A DNA stretch of 52,570 bases from Octopus bimaculoides (taxonomy: Eukaryota), in NCBI RefSeq assembly GCF_001194135.2, contig NC_068984.1, forward strand, positions 58,876,988-58,929,557, in the 5' to 3' direction. Positions 1-12,419 of this stretch are shown piece after piece. The notes under the pieces were generated by a model. That model did no database searches and was not told where the DNA came from. It was given only the letters and a program-made list of their open reading frames with translations. How positions within the stretch are numbered: the stretch's first letter is position 1; each line of letters opens with the position of its first letter. The translations under genes and the position numbers were made by a program.

Positions 1-32
<32 letters not shown>

Positions 33-283
33 TACATACATATATATGTATATATATATACATACATATATATGTATATATATATACATACATATATATG
101 TATATATATATACATATATATATATATATGTATATCTATATATGAATACACATATGTATATACATACATATATTTATGTGTGTGTATAGGTATATATATA
201 CATATATATTTATATACATATATGTATATATATATATGTAGGTGTATTTATATATGTATATATGTGTGTTTATTTATTCATAA

Positions 284-343
<60 letters not shown>
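1..343. repeat. (TA)n/(TATACA)-type microsatellite
   Basis: Near-continuous TA dinucleotide repeat; ORF 72..368 is a translation artefact of it. Confidence 0.95.
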
Positions 344-346
<3 letters not shown>

Positions 347-794
347 ACAAATGACAGAAATAGTTTGATGAAATTTTATTTCACAATAAGTATTGTGGTC
401 TTCCAAACTGCTTGGTGAGCTTAGTAGTATTGGTGACACAACATGCTGTTAAGTGGTTGACGTCAGGAAAGTCATAGAGATACATAAACCATGTGAAACA
501 GCCACTGGAGCACAGTGCTATCCTGGGACCCATCAGATCCTGCCAAACTGTCCAACTCATTCCAGCATGAAACATTCATGTTCAATGCTGCTGCTACTGA
601 TATATATATATATTTAATATTCAATCTTTTATTTATTCAATAGGACTTTCAATACTTCATTTCATTTTACTATATATATTATATATTCCATGATGATGAT
701 GATAAATAAAACATAAAATACAGAGTTGGAATTCTTTTCAATGATATATATATATATATATATATACATATATATANNNNNNNNNNCACATATG

Positions 795-831
<37 letters not shown>

Positions 832-1831
832 ATGTATACATATGTATTTGTATATACATATATGTTCATGTATGCATATTTATCATATGTATGCTTCTCT
901 CTATAGGTTGTTGGTCTTTATTCCCAACTCAGCTTTTATCTAATAGTTCCTTGATATAAAGTTTTCCACTTGTGATCACCTATGTTTTTTTTTAGATCAG
1001 TGTCTCTATGATTTCATTATCCAATGTACTTTTTATTTCTCTTAAAATATTAGTGTATAATTTAAAGAAGATTTTCTTGCTCTTTCTGTTCATTTGAACA
1101 ACAACATAATGTTACCATGTTATGCTTATTGTAGCAAATTTCAGAGGGGGTTTTACAGTAATCCATGCCTTTACAGTCAATCCTGTCTTTATTGGGTTTC
1201 TTTACCCTGTTATTTTAGGCCAGTGCATACAATAAAATCCTTTCAGATATTTATTTCATTTTTGGCCTACTTCTTTTGGAGCATTCCTCCATTCAGTTCT
1301 CATAACATAGGCTCACTACCAAAATTATCTCACACAAGGGACACAGTGTACCTTTTTAATTCCCAAATATTTATTTTTATCTTCTTTAAATACAGTCTGT
1401 CTTCTAGCTTTGCATTGCTCATTCTGTAGATTATACACATCTCACACATCTTTGATTTTGTATTTTTTAAATATTTTAATATGCGCTTTTGATTACTTGT
1501 ATCATGGAAGCTTTATTCCTCTTTTCCTCTTTGGGATGACTAAAATATTCTAAAAAAATTATGGTTAAAAATATTATAATCTGCTTTCTCATACCTTAAT
1601 CTTTGATGGGCTGTAAGAGTCATAGGCACTACATCTCTCATCTTCCTCTGATTAACTTACAAAAATACAAATCTTGGTTAAATTTGCAAGACTGTCAAGT
1701 GGATTATGTTGTAGCTGTTTTTATAGCTCTTCAGATGTTGTTTCCTTGAAAGATTTGCTACACTCATCCAACTTTATAAGCTATTCTAAAATTATTTGTA
1801 ATAGAAATTTTCAGAAGCAGTAGTAATTATA

Positions 1832-1965
<134 letters not shown>

Positions 1966-3101
1966 GGCATTACCAATTGTTCAGACACAATATGCATGTA
2001 CTTTGCTTGTTTGCCAGTAGGTGTTAAGACTTCACCCCAAATCCTGTTCAGGAGTGATGGATATCAATAGTTTGATATTTTTGTGGCTTATCAATGTCAC
2101 ATGCCCAAATTGAATCCAAGGCAAACTGAATTGCCAGTCTATGACTATATACAAATAGTATAAAAGCCACATAAATATATATATATTGTAGAAAAACAGT
2201 TACAAAATTACATATTTGAGGGAAAAAATTCTTTTATACTCAACATTGTCATGACCCACTGGCTGGAACCAATAAACATGTATAAATGCTTTGAGTTGTA
2301 AACACTTGTCTGGAAAATATTCATTATTTCATCATTAATGTTTGACCATGCAGTTTTATTTAAGAAACTATGTAAATACATGGAAAAAAGACCTACTTAG
2401 TAATTTATTTACTGTATAGTCTAAAAGAGTTAATAGCCTGGTTCATTCCTAACACAAGTTTAACATATAACATATATTCAAAATATGGGCTAAATGTTGG
2501 TTGTATTTCCTGCTGTTACCCCTATTTACCCTATTATATTTCCTCCTTCCATATTTAGTTGGTATTGTTATTTGGCATGTTTATTCATTTCAAGGTCTAT
2601 GTGAAGTAAAGTATATTTGGCATTTCAGAGTTGGTACCAAGCATAATATAAAGTAAATTTGGATATAAGATAAATAGGAAATAGACAGCATGGGGTAGTA
2701 AAAAACAAAAGAGAAGAAGAAAAAATAACCTTGCTATCACTTCCTTTATAACTCAAACTGTGCTAAAATAAGTCTATTTATTGATATTCTGATGACCACA
2801 TCGTTTACTCAAACATGACTTAATTCTATAATTGGATTTAAGTGAGGAAAAACTGCTCATACATAACATACATTCTTTCATCCAAAGTTGTCAAATCAAT
2901 GTTTAGCTGGCTTAAATGTTCCACTTTAGATTTTTTTTTCTATTAAGCCTTTTATTTTCTCCTATGCAGATAACGATGTCAGAACCCTGAAATTTCCTAA
3001 GCTTAATACTTTGCTGATTGACTCATTAATGCTCTTGACAAATTGCTTTATTCACAACATACATTTGTTGCCAGTCAAATGTACTAGACTGTAAAACTTA
3101 C

Positions 3102-3158
3102 GCCAGTTTAGGGCTAATCTTTCTCTGAAAAGATCATCAATACTAACAATGTCAAGTT
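3102..3158 (-). CDS. Candidate 57-nt internal coding exon of an unidentified gene (xLDIVSIDDLFRERLALNWx)
   Basis: Minus strand: acceptor ttattttttatatcttcAG|, donor TGGC|GTAAGT; 57 nt, phase 1-1, one open frame. Protein not recognised and no partner exon established. Confidence 0.4.
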
Positions 3159-4353
3159 CTGAAGATATAAAAAATAACATCATTTGTATACATATATACA
3201 TACAAGTATTTTTAATGCTGCTTAGCTCCAAGTATGCCCTGATGAAGCAGACTTATGCTCAAAGACTCACTATAGCCATCCATCTTTTTATTGCTATATA
3301 AAACTGCATTATCTATTGTGTCTGTTTATTTAAGGCAGCAGAGTACGATTTGAGGACAATTTGACTGTCTTTTCTATCAAGTCATGGGACCGTGTACACA
3401 TGCCCTCATTTTGTCTTTCTTCAGGTATAAATTTCTAATAATAATGAGCTTATTGCATTCAGTGCTCAGGTGCACCAAACTCAACAGAATAGAGTAAAAG
3501 AGGAGACAAAATGCAGCAACAGGAAATCATGCAAAAGAAGACAGCAATGGTAATCCAAACTTCATGCATAGGACACAGGATGGCATTAAACACAAGAACC
3601 AAAAAGGCAAATAGTACAAGTGACACAGCTAAAAAAACAAATCTCTCTCAAAATCACATTCTACTGTTTTGAGAAAAAGGAAAAACACAGAACAGTGTAA
3701 TCTTTGATAAAAAGAAAAGAACAAAAACACTAATTAAACAGACCAAAACACGATGGTCACAGCTAGATTTGTTTGGTTTGTTTGATCAGAGTTGACCTGG
3801 GGTTAAACAAGAACAGCAAAACAACATTGACACTACAAATCAACATAGTGTTTATTCTTTCATTGATTAAATCTGTTGATGATTACTCTCAGTACATAGA
3901 AACATCTATTACTGATGGATTTTAGATTTGTGATTGGATGCTACATCAATAATCTCACTGCAATCCATTGAAATATTTCTTTTTTCCTACATATTTTCTT
4001 CCACCACATTCAGTTCTCTCTCTCTCTCTCTCTCTCTCAAAATATTATTCAAAACATTTCTATCAAGATCAATTTTGTCAAACTTCTTTAAGAAGAAAAA
4101 AAAAAAATTCATTTTCCCTCATTTTTTTATTCATAAGTTTTATTGACTCTTTTTGCAGTTCCATGAATATACTTGGGTCAGATTAGCAGATGTATATGTA
4201 CCTACATCTGTCTGTCTGCGTTTAAAACAAGCTTACCTATTTCTAAGCTTTATGTATGTATAGTTTTTTATGTGCATGTGTGAATGAATGAATGAAAATA
4301 TACCAATGTAACTCTGTGTGTGTATGTGTGCGTGCACACACAAAATGGATACA

Positions 4354-4510
4354 GATATGGCTGAATGGCTAAGAAGTTCATTTCTCAACCATAAGATCCT
4401 GAGTTCAGTCCTGCTGTATGGAAATCTTGGGCAAGTGTTTATAACACAGCTTTGGGTTAATCCAAAACTTGTTTGTGAATTTTGGTAGAAACTGTGTAGA
4501 CACTGTGTCA
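4354..4510 (+). mobile_element. Decayed tRNA-derived SINE
   Basis: Head with A/B-box-like segments (tggctgaatggctaag...gagttcagtcc) then cttgggcaagtgt body shared with many copies here. Confidence 0.65.
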
Positions 4511-4930
4511 CACTGATTCTACTTTAAAATTACATTAAGGGTACACAGGTCTGTGGAATGCTTAGTTACACTAATTCAGTGAGTAGGTTGTCTAACTGAT
4601 CAAACAAATGGACATTCATGTGTTGAAATTGGCAAGAGAATACATACTTTTACACACACACTAATCAGTGTGAATGTATGTATGTATTTGTATACACACA
4701 CACACATATAGCATGTAAAAATTGAATTCAAAGAATCAAGAGCGACCTGCTGCAAACACTACAAACAAGGATCTAGTAATCAAGTAACATATAATTAAAA
4801 TTTAATGTAATTTAAACTGAACCATGCGCAACTGAAAATCTGCGATATACAGCAATGTTTCCTTTGTGGAGTATATGGTAAGCAAATAAAAGAAGGAAAT
4901 GTTAGAGGCAAGAAGATTTTAATGCTTTTG

Positions 4931-5027
4931 TAGAGGTTACAGCTGTTTCATAATTCACTGAAAATTATATCTATATCAAAGTTGATGATGTAATTCTGAG
5001 TGGATTATGAAACAGCTGTAACCTCTA
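4931..5027. repeat. Inverted repeat of two decayed hammerhead-like halves
   Basis: tagaggttacagctgtttcataattcact (4931-4959) vs agtggattatgaaacagctgtaacctcta (4999-5027); both arms carry GAAACAGCTGTA. Confidence 0.7.
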
Positions 5028-6014
5028 TAGTATTAAAATTCTTTTTACATCTTACCTTGTCTTGTTTTAGTTATTTATGTATATATGTATGTGTGTGTGT
5101 GTATATATGTATATATATTATATTTATAATCATCATTTAACATCCGTCTGTCATCAGAATTCATAAGTCAAAAACAAAAACAAGCACACATATTTGTCAA
5201 TAGAGTTTGTATATTAATATTTACAAAAGACTGTTTCATTCATTTACCCCCTCACATTGTGAAGACATGCTGACCCTTGTGCAAGGGCATAACTCTAGAT
5301 GGATTTCCCCTCTAAACTTCTCCCGCAGATCTTTTTGTTTTGGTTTTTCACAATGCACACAAACTAGATGTGACACTTCTTGGTTTTTAATAGCAGAGTA
5401 CCATCACCATACTTTTCATACTAGCCCTTCTGATAAGTGCTGAGATTGGGTTTTCCCCCAACTCTAGTGTGCAAAACTGATAAATAAAATGATCTATAAT
5501 GGATCTATAATACTATATTGTATAAATATGTGCATTTGTGACCTACTATTTAGACTTTTTGTTCTTCAAGTGACTTGAAAAACATGGAATTCTGAGCAGC
5601 TACTTGCAAAATTTTAAAGCACTGAATAAAATCTTTTGCAGTCAACTTGAGTAATTGAATATACAACACTGTCAGCATCTGTATTTCACACACACACACA
5701 CACACACACACTTAGATATGTTTTGATATATATAACTAATTATGTGGTACAGTGACATATTTCAGTATGTCACACTTATACATACATTTGTATATACACT
5801 AATGCAGACACAATAATACATGATGCACACACACGCATGTGCATACATGCACATATATAATTGTTTGTTTTATGTTAGTTATAATAAAATCAATTTTTAC
5901 ATTTATCTGTTGGCTTGCTCTATACTTTCATAGAGTACAAATTTATTATTCTTAAACAAGAATGTTTTTGACACTGACTTTGAAGTTTTGGCCAGCTAAG
6001 TCATCATTAGACTG

Positions 6015-6051
<37 letters not shown>

Positions 6052-6056
6052 TCTAT

Positions 6057-6288
6057 CTTTACTCTTTTACTTGTTTCAGTCATTTGGTTGTGGCCATGCT
6101 GGAGCACCGCCTTTAGCCGAGCAAATCGACCCCAGCACTTATTCTTTGGAAGCCTAGTACTCATTCTATTGGGCTCTTTTGCTGAACCGCTAAGTTACAG
6201 GGATGTAAACACACCAGCATCGGTTGTCAAGCGATGTTGGGGGGACAAATACAGACACACAAACACACACACACACACACATACATAC

Positions 6289-6322
<34 letters not shown>
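6057..6322 (-). mobile_element. tRNA-derived SINE, 3' half (interrupted)
   Basis: gccatgctggagcaccgcc...gctaagttacagggatgtaaacacaccagcatcggttgtc matches the 3' half of the intact copy at 30450-30946. Confidence 0.85.
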
Positions 6323-6328
<6 letters not shown>

Positions 6329-6359
6329 CAAAATAAGCAACACGGATTTCAAAGATGAT

Positions 6360-6447
6360 TGCAGTACGCACGTTTCATGCTACTCCATTTATTTAAGTAA
6401 TGCGAGCATTACATTAAATGCAATATGTAGAGCAATCTTCAGCTGCA
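6360..6447 (-). ncRNA. Type I hammerhead ribozyme, intact core, long stem II
   Basis: Minus: TGCAG-CTGAAGA-T-TGCT...AGCA-T-GAAAC-GTGC-GTA^CTGCA; stem I TGCAG/CTGCA. Confidence 0.75.
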
Positions 6448-7704
6448 GGAAAATGCAGAAAATCACAGTAGAATAAACATATTATAATTGTGGCAACATT
6501 TCAAATCCAAGTGGGAGGAAGAATACATAAAAATCCATCTTGACATAGCCAAGTCTATCAGGCTAGTAATTGGTTCTAGGCAAAAAATTCAAAACTGTCT
6601 CTGATTTTATCGTCTCTTATCTAGTAGTAATAATTTTTTTAAATAATTCAAAATTATCTTCATGAACCCAATATACTTAATATCCTAAGACTTTACACCT
6701 ATCTATAGCCTCTGAATTCAATACTGACATTACTTCATGCTTTATTTTTATTAGCATATTTTTATTAGCTTACCTCTTACTGTTAAAATATAATGTTAAA
6801 ATATTGGTTAAACTAATATTGATATCTGTAAAACAATTGATGCTCTATTTAGACTAAAGGAAAAGCCCTGGTTGACCTATATACCTAGGGTTTAATTCCT
6901 CAACATTTTGATAGTAGTAAAATACCCCAACCTATAAGAGTGTTTGCCACTCTGACCAGAGAATCCTTTATAACCATATCTTTTATAGCCTTGTCCATGC
7001 ATAATGCTTACACCTTCCCTTTCTTTAGAAGTGATTGTCCCTCATACTATTACTACTAGATAAGNNNNNNNNNNNNNNNNNNNNNNNNNNNNNNNNNNNN
7101 NNNNNNNNNNNNNNNNNNNNNNNNNNNNNNNNNNNNNNNNNNNNNNNNNNNNNNNNNNNNNNNNNNNNNNNNNNNNNNNNNNNNNNNNNNNNNNNNNNNN
7201 NNNNNNNNNNNNNNNNNNNNNNNNNNNNNNNNNNNNNNNNNNNNNNNNNNNNNNNNNNNNNNNNNNNNNNNNNNNNNNNNNNNNNNNNNNNNNNNNNNNN
7301 NNNNNNNNNNNNNNNNNNNNNNNNNNNNNNNNNNNNNNNNNNNNNNNNNNNNNNNNNNNNNNNNNNNNNNNNNNNNNNNNNNNNNNNNNNNNNNNNNNNN
7401 NNNNNNNNNNNNNNNNNNNNNNNNNNNNNNNNNNNNNNNNNNNNNNNNNNNNNNNNNNNNNNNNNNNNNNNNNNNNNNNNNNNNNNNNNNNNNNNNNNNN
7501 NNNNNNNNNNNNNNNNNNNNNNNNNNNNNNNNNNNNNNNNNNNNNNNNNNNNNNNNNNNNNNNNNNNNNNNNNNNATATATATACGGTTTAGATATAGAT
7601 TCAAGGCTTGAATATGGTACTTATGCGTAGGCACCCGAATATCGCATCCCAAAAGGATAGGTGATTAAAATCAAAAAATAAGCAACACGGATTTCAAAGG
7701 TGAT

Positions 7705-7793
7705 TGCAGTACGCACGTTTCATGCTACTTCAATTTATTTAAGTAATGCAAGCATTACCTTAAATGCAATATGAAGAGCAATCTTCAGCTGCA
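7705..7793 (-). ncRNA. Type I hammerhead ribozyme, intact core, long stem II
   Basis: Same core as 6360-6447; stem II extends TGCT-CTTCA..ATTTAA-GTAATGC / GCATTAC-TTAAAT..TGAAG-AGCA. Confidence 0.8.
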
Positions 7794-7939
7794 CGAAAAA
7801 ATGTAGAAAAAATTACTGTAGAAAAGACATATTATAAATGTGGCAACATTTCAAATCCAAGTGGGAGAGAGAATACATAAAAATCCAAGTGTGAGGAAGA
7901 ATGCATAAGTCCATCTTGACATAGCCGAGTCTATCAGGT

Positions 7940-7954
7940 TATATATATATCAGG

Positions 7955-7987
<33 letters not shown>

Positions 7988-8137
7988 TATATATGACGGG
8001 CTTCTTTCAGTTTCCGTCTCCAAATCCACTTACAAGGCTTTGATCGGCCCGACGCTATAGTAGAAGACACTTGCCCAAGGTGCCACATAGTGGGACTGAA
8101 CCCGGAACCATGTGGTTGGTAAGCAAGCTACTTACCA
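7940..8137 (-). mobile_element. tRNA-derived SINE, 5' half (partner of 6057-6322)
   Basis: gacgggcttctttcagtttccgtc...gaacccggaaccatgtggttggtaagcaagctacttacca, same orientation as the 3' half. Confidence 0.85.
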
Positions 8138-9704
8138 ACAAAAGTTTGTGTGTATTAGAACATAGTAGTCTCTTCAGAGCCAGTTTCTTAAACTGTTCAT
8201 ATCTACCAGCTTTAGCTAAATCCTATTAGAGTAGAGCCAGTGATGCTTGTTGAAACAATTTAGCTAATCTAAATTGCTGCATTAGATTATCAAACAGTTG
8301 GTTCTGCTTTAATCACTAATTTAAGAGATAAATATACTTTTGGGTGATAAATACCCAGCTATCACTAACTGCTTGTCAATTAATTGTTCTTAAATGTTTA
8401 TTTATATGTACATATTAGTTTTGGTATTTGCATATGATTTAGATAACTCTCACTCGTTATTTTGTAGAACAGTCTGTATATGAGGACAATTGCTTAGTTG
8501 TAGAATATTGCTTGATATTAGCTCTTACCAAATTGTGTTGAGTGTTGTAGGGAAAGGGAAAGATCCAGACTTGATTCCATTTAGCATAATTTATGTTTGT
8601 CATACTCTTAACCTTTTGCTTGTCCAAAGTTTGTCCTAAACAGCCATGCTTGCTATCAGACTTTTAGTTAGTTTTTGTTTCATACATTCTGAGTTATTTA
8701 AAGCTTTCCTTCCATAAGTCCTAAGTTACTCTGGTGGTTGAGTAAAATTGGGAATGTGTATCACTTATATGATGCATGTTCACCAGAGTGATATGTCCTG
8801 TGTATCACATGTGATACACAGAACAGGCAAAGGATTAAGAAGAAAATGAATGTCACATATCTAGCCTAATTTTTCCTCTCCTATAAGTAATTAAGCATGT
8901 ACTTTTATGTTGTAAACTGAAATCAATATAAGAGCATTAAAGTAATTTATTTTCTAACTAATGACAGGGAAGGCAACATCCATAACTTTTGAAGGGCTTC
9001 CAAGACTCATGAGGGAGCACCTCAAGATATCAAATCATCTTCAGATTGGACACCTGGTTCAGATACCTGCAACAGAATGGACACTGCTAAAGGCACCCAG
9101 AGACCAGAAAGGAGTTTTAAGCTTTGTGGCAGATAGTGTCTAACACCCACAATCATTCATAACAAATTATTTCAATCAAATATCTTTGATTCTACCCATC
9201 AATTTCCAGCTAGTTTCACTCAAAACCCAACAAATTAAGAACTTACTGTTCTTCAGGCAATTATTCAGTCTAGCTTTGCAATTTTCTATCTAATTGTTTA
9301 AAATGCTCGTCATGTATTCATTTGTTCCTTATTTTAGATGACAATAAAACCATTTCCTTTTTGTAATGAATGTAGTTTTACTTTTAAAATGATTTTAATG
9401 AATCCAGTGAGTTTCTCACATTTTTAATTTATATATTACTCAAAGGAATTACTTCTACCTATGTCTTCGGACAGTGTAAAAAAAATAATTGTTGGATAAG
9501 ATTTCTAGAGTAGTAGTAGAAATAATTGTATTTTGGTTTACAACCAGTGTTCCACCTTATTAAGCTGATTTAGTTTTAGACATGTGATCTAGATAAAACA
9601 CTCTTTTGCTTTATTCATTATGCTGCTGGTGTTGCTTATTGTAAATAATAAAAAAAAATTTGCATGAGTTTTCTTAATACTTTCTGATTTAATATTTGAA
9701 GCTA

Positions 9705-9895
9705 TTAAGATGGCAAGCTGGCAGAATCATTAGCACACTAAGCAAAATGATTAGTGTCATTTTGTCCATCTATAGTCTGAGTTCAAATTCCAACAAGGTC
9801 AACTTTGACTTTCATTCTTTCAAAGTTGATAAAATAATCACCAGTTGAACACTGAGGTTGATGTAATTGACTTACCCCTCCCCTAAAATTGCTAT
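9705..9895 (+). mobile_element. tRNA-derived SINE, second family (Nin-domain-like)
   Basis: gatggcaagctggcagaatc...gagttcaaattcc...aggtcaactttgactttcattcttt; homologous to 28690-29800, 49082-49290 and 50561-50770. Confidence 0.75.
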
Positions 9896-9931
9896 TGTAA
9901 AGTTACTGTGCAGTTTCTTTGTCTGATAAGC

Positions 9932-10098
9932 CATGCTGTCTTAAGGCATAGACACATTGGATAATTGCCCAGGGGCCTCACAGGTCTAGGGACCCAATTC
10001 TAATCCATATATGCTGTGATTTGTTGTCAATAAATAAATGTTGTAAGGTCCATTGCATGGTTTGCCTAGGGGCCTATAATGCTGCTAAGATGTCCTTG
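9932..10098. mobile_element. Possible decayed MITE
   Basis: Weak terminal inverted match catgctgtcttaa / ctaagatgtccttg with internal gccyaggggcc repeats. Confidence 0.3.
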
Positions 10099-10792
10099 CT
10101 GATGAGAGATGAACATTAATTTTTTTTTTGTATTTTAGTCTAGCAGAAAAGTTACCTTTTATGATTGTATGAATCTCTTTTTTAATAACTAACTTTTTGT
10201 TTGTAGCTTGTATGCATAACATTGAATATAAATGAAATGTTATTGATTTAAAACAAACTCTATTCCATTCAAGAGAATATATAGTAAAAAATCAAAACAA
10301 CCAATGATAATTGCTAAATTAACTAAGCATAAAATTATTTGAAGATTTGAATTTTCTGTAATAAAATCTTCAGAAGAAGAAATGTAACTCAGCAAGCATA
10401 AAATTGTGAATAAAGAAAAAGAGAAAAGTACTTAGTTATTTACTGAACAAATGCTGTGCTGTCTAGGTTGAAGACATCTGCAAATTTTAAAGAAAAACAT
10501 CTTCAATGATTGATATTGTATTTGTAATTGAAATATGTCAAGAGGATATTTTATCAGGTACACACTACAAGAACTGATACAACTTTTATATAAAAAAAAA
10601 TTTAGTTATAGCATATTCACATTTCAAAGAGATTTACAAAAACTTCACAAGAGTGTATGGTGATTTTGCATTCTAGAATCCATCCATCCATCATTTCAGA
10701 CTGTTATTTTAAATTTGAAATAAAATTAAAAGAAATAATAAATTAAAACCAAACAAATACCCAACATGAATTTTTAAATATATATCTATATA

Positions 10793-11750
10793 TATAACAA
10801 TTAGAAAATGGAGGATAATATGCTGAACCCAACTACTTGCAGACAATGTATCCCGTTGAATTCATTAATTTAATTCGTAGCTAAAGTGACAAAAAAAGAA
10901 AGAAAAAAAAAACCAAAGCACAGGTGTCTATGACAGACTATGTTATTTTGCCAACCTGGTTTACATATAGAAGTACAAAGTACATAAGGAATTAGAGAAT
11001 GAACAGAAGTTTAATCTTACAGCTGTTTCGGCCTAGTTTTAGCATGCCCCATTCTATCCGAATATTTCTTGCCGGAGTGATTATCGGATGACACGTTGAA
11101 ATGGGGTTACATGTCCGAACCGCTAGGCCTCTTCAGAGATTCACAAAGGGTTTCATACAAATATAGAGCAAGAGGTAAAAACAGAGGTGTGGTAGAGACC
11201 AGAAGAAAAACAACAGCAAAAATAAGGTAGAAATAAAAATAAAAAATAGAATTAAANNNNNNNNNNNNNNNNNNNNNNNNNNNNNNNNNNNNNNNNNNNN
11301 NNNNNNNNNNNNNNNNNNNNNNNNNNNNNNNNNNNNNNNNNNNNNNNNNNNNNNNNNNNNNNNNNNNNNNNNNNNNNNNNNNNNNNNNNNNNNNNNNNNN
11401 NNNNNNNNNNNNNNNNNNNNNNNNNNNNNNNNNNNNNNNNNNNNNNNNNNNNNNNNNNNNNNNNNNNNNNNNNNNNNNNNNNNNNNNNNNNNNNNNNNNN
11501 NNNNNNNNNNNNNNNNNNNNNNNNNNNNNNNNNNNNNNNTAATTCCTTATGTACTTTGTACTTCTATATGTAAACCAGGTTGGCAAAATAACATAGTCTG
11601 TCATAGACACCTGTGCTTTGGCTTTTTTTCTTTCTTTTTTTCTTTTTTTTTTGTCACTTTAGCTATGAATTAAATTAATGAATTCAACGGGATACATTGT
11701 CTGCAAGTAGTTGGGTTCAGCATATTATCCTCCATTTTCTAATTGTTATA
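10793..11750. mobile_element. Foldback element with ~200-bp inverted arms and an internal hammerhead
   Basis: 10793-10994 is the reverse complement of 11540-11750, with one substitution and different A-tract lengths; TA at both ends; N gap 11257-11539 inside. Confidence 0.75.
11013..11141 (-). ncRNA. Type I hammerhead ribozyme, intact core, ~86-nt insert in stem II
   Basis: Minus: AATCT-CTGAAGA-GGCCTAG...CTAGGCC-GAAAC-AGCT-GTA^AGATT; perfect stems I and II; palindromic stem III ACAGCTGT. Confidence 0.85.
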
Positions 11751-12419
11751 CAAATTTGGGGTAAAACCTCCACTTTTACCCGCTCCCATTGATTGCACTT
11801 GGTATAGCACTAGTGTAGCAATAATTGAGTACCCTCCCAGCAGTATACTGGATAGATACTATCCCTTAGTGGGTTGAACCCTCAACCCCTAACTCTCTCG
11901 CATTATCTATATATATATCTTACTCAAGAGAGTAAGCAGTGTCCATGACTTATGACCTTCAAGACTGATGGGATAGAGGGAGACATCCTGAAGCTGGAAA
12001 TCTGGCCTGAATGCTTACAGCAGAGTGGACTCCATTAAAGGCACCCATAGTGCAAGGTAGTAGTGTTAAACAAGACAACAAATTAAGTTTACCACCTAAG
12101 TCGGCCATGGTGGGATTTGAACTCAGAAAGCAAAGTACTAGAAAATATACTGCAAGGTATCCTGTCCAACATTCTTACTGTTCCATTTATCCTCTGCCTT
12201 AGATTGGCAATTTTTTAATGGATCCCCCCAAAAAGATGAAAGCTAAAGTTAACCCCCATGGTTTTTGAACTTGAGAGTGAAGAGAGTCAGAACAAATACC
12301 ACAAAGCATTATGTCTAATGACTACAAAAAAATAGATTAGATAAACTTATAGCTTGAGAACAAATACATAAGTCTCAGTCTAAGTATTATTTTCTTAAGT
12401 ATTAGGGTTTTTCAATGTA

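Larger units (their letters stand above)
6323..7938 (-). mobile_element. Element with ~240-270 bp terminal direct repeats, each carrying a hammerhead ribozyme (Penelope-like or retrozyme-like), inserted in a SINE's (TA)n
   Basis: Direct repeats 6323-6562 and 7668-7938, differing by several substitutions and a ~28-bp internal duplication; the interior includes N gap 7065-7575; flanks are the two halves of one SINE. Confidence 0.7.

Noticed and set aside
72-959. ORFs rich in YI/HT/CV repeats (also 17557-17896, 31889-32185, 47751-48293, 50792-51089)
   Set aside because: Translations of (TA)n, (CA)n and (CT)n microsatellites.
3230-3285. gccCTGATGAagca-gactta-tgctCAAAG, hammerhead-like
   Set aside because: G12 is missing and stems I and III cannot be paired convincingly; at most a very decayed relic.
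7035-7652. Long ORFs containing X runs (also 11107-11610, 29109-29418, 33392-34300, 44047-44349)
   Set aside because: Open only because they cross N gaps.
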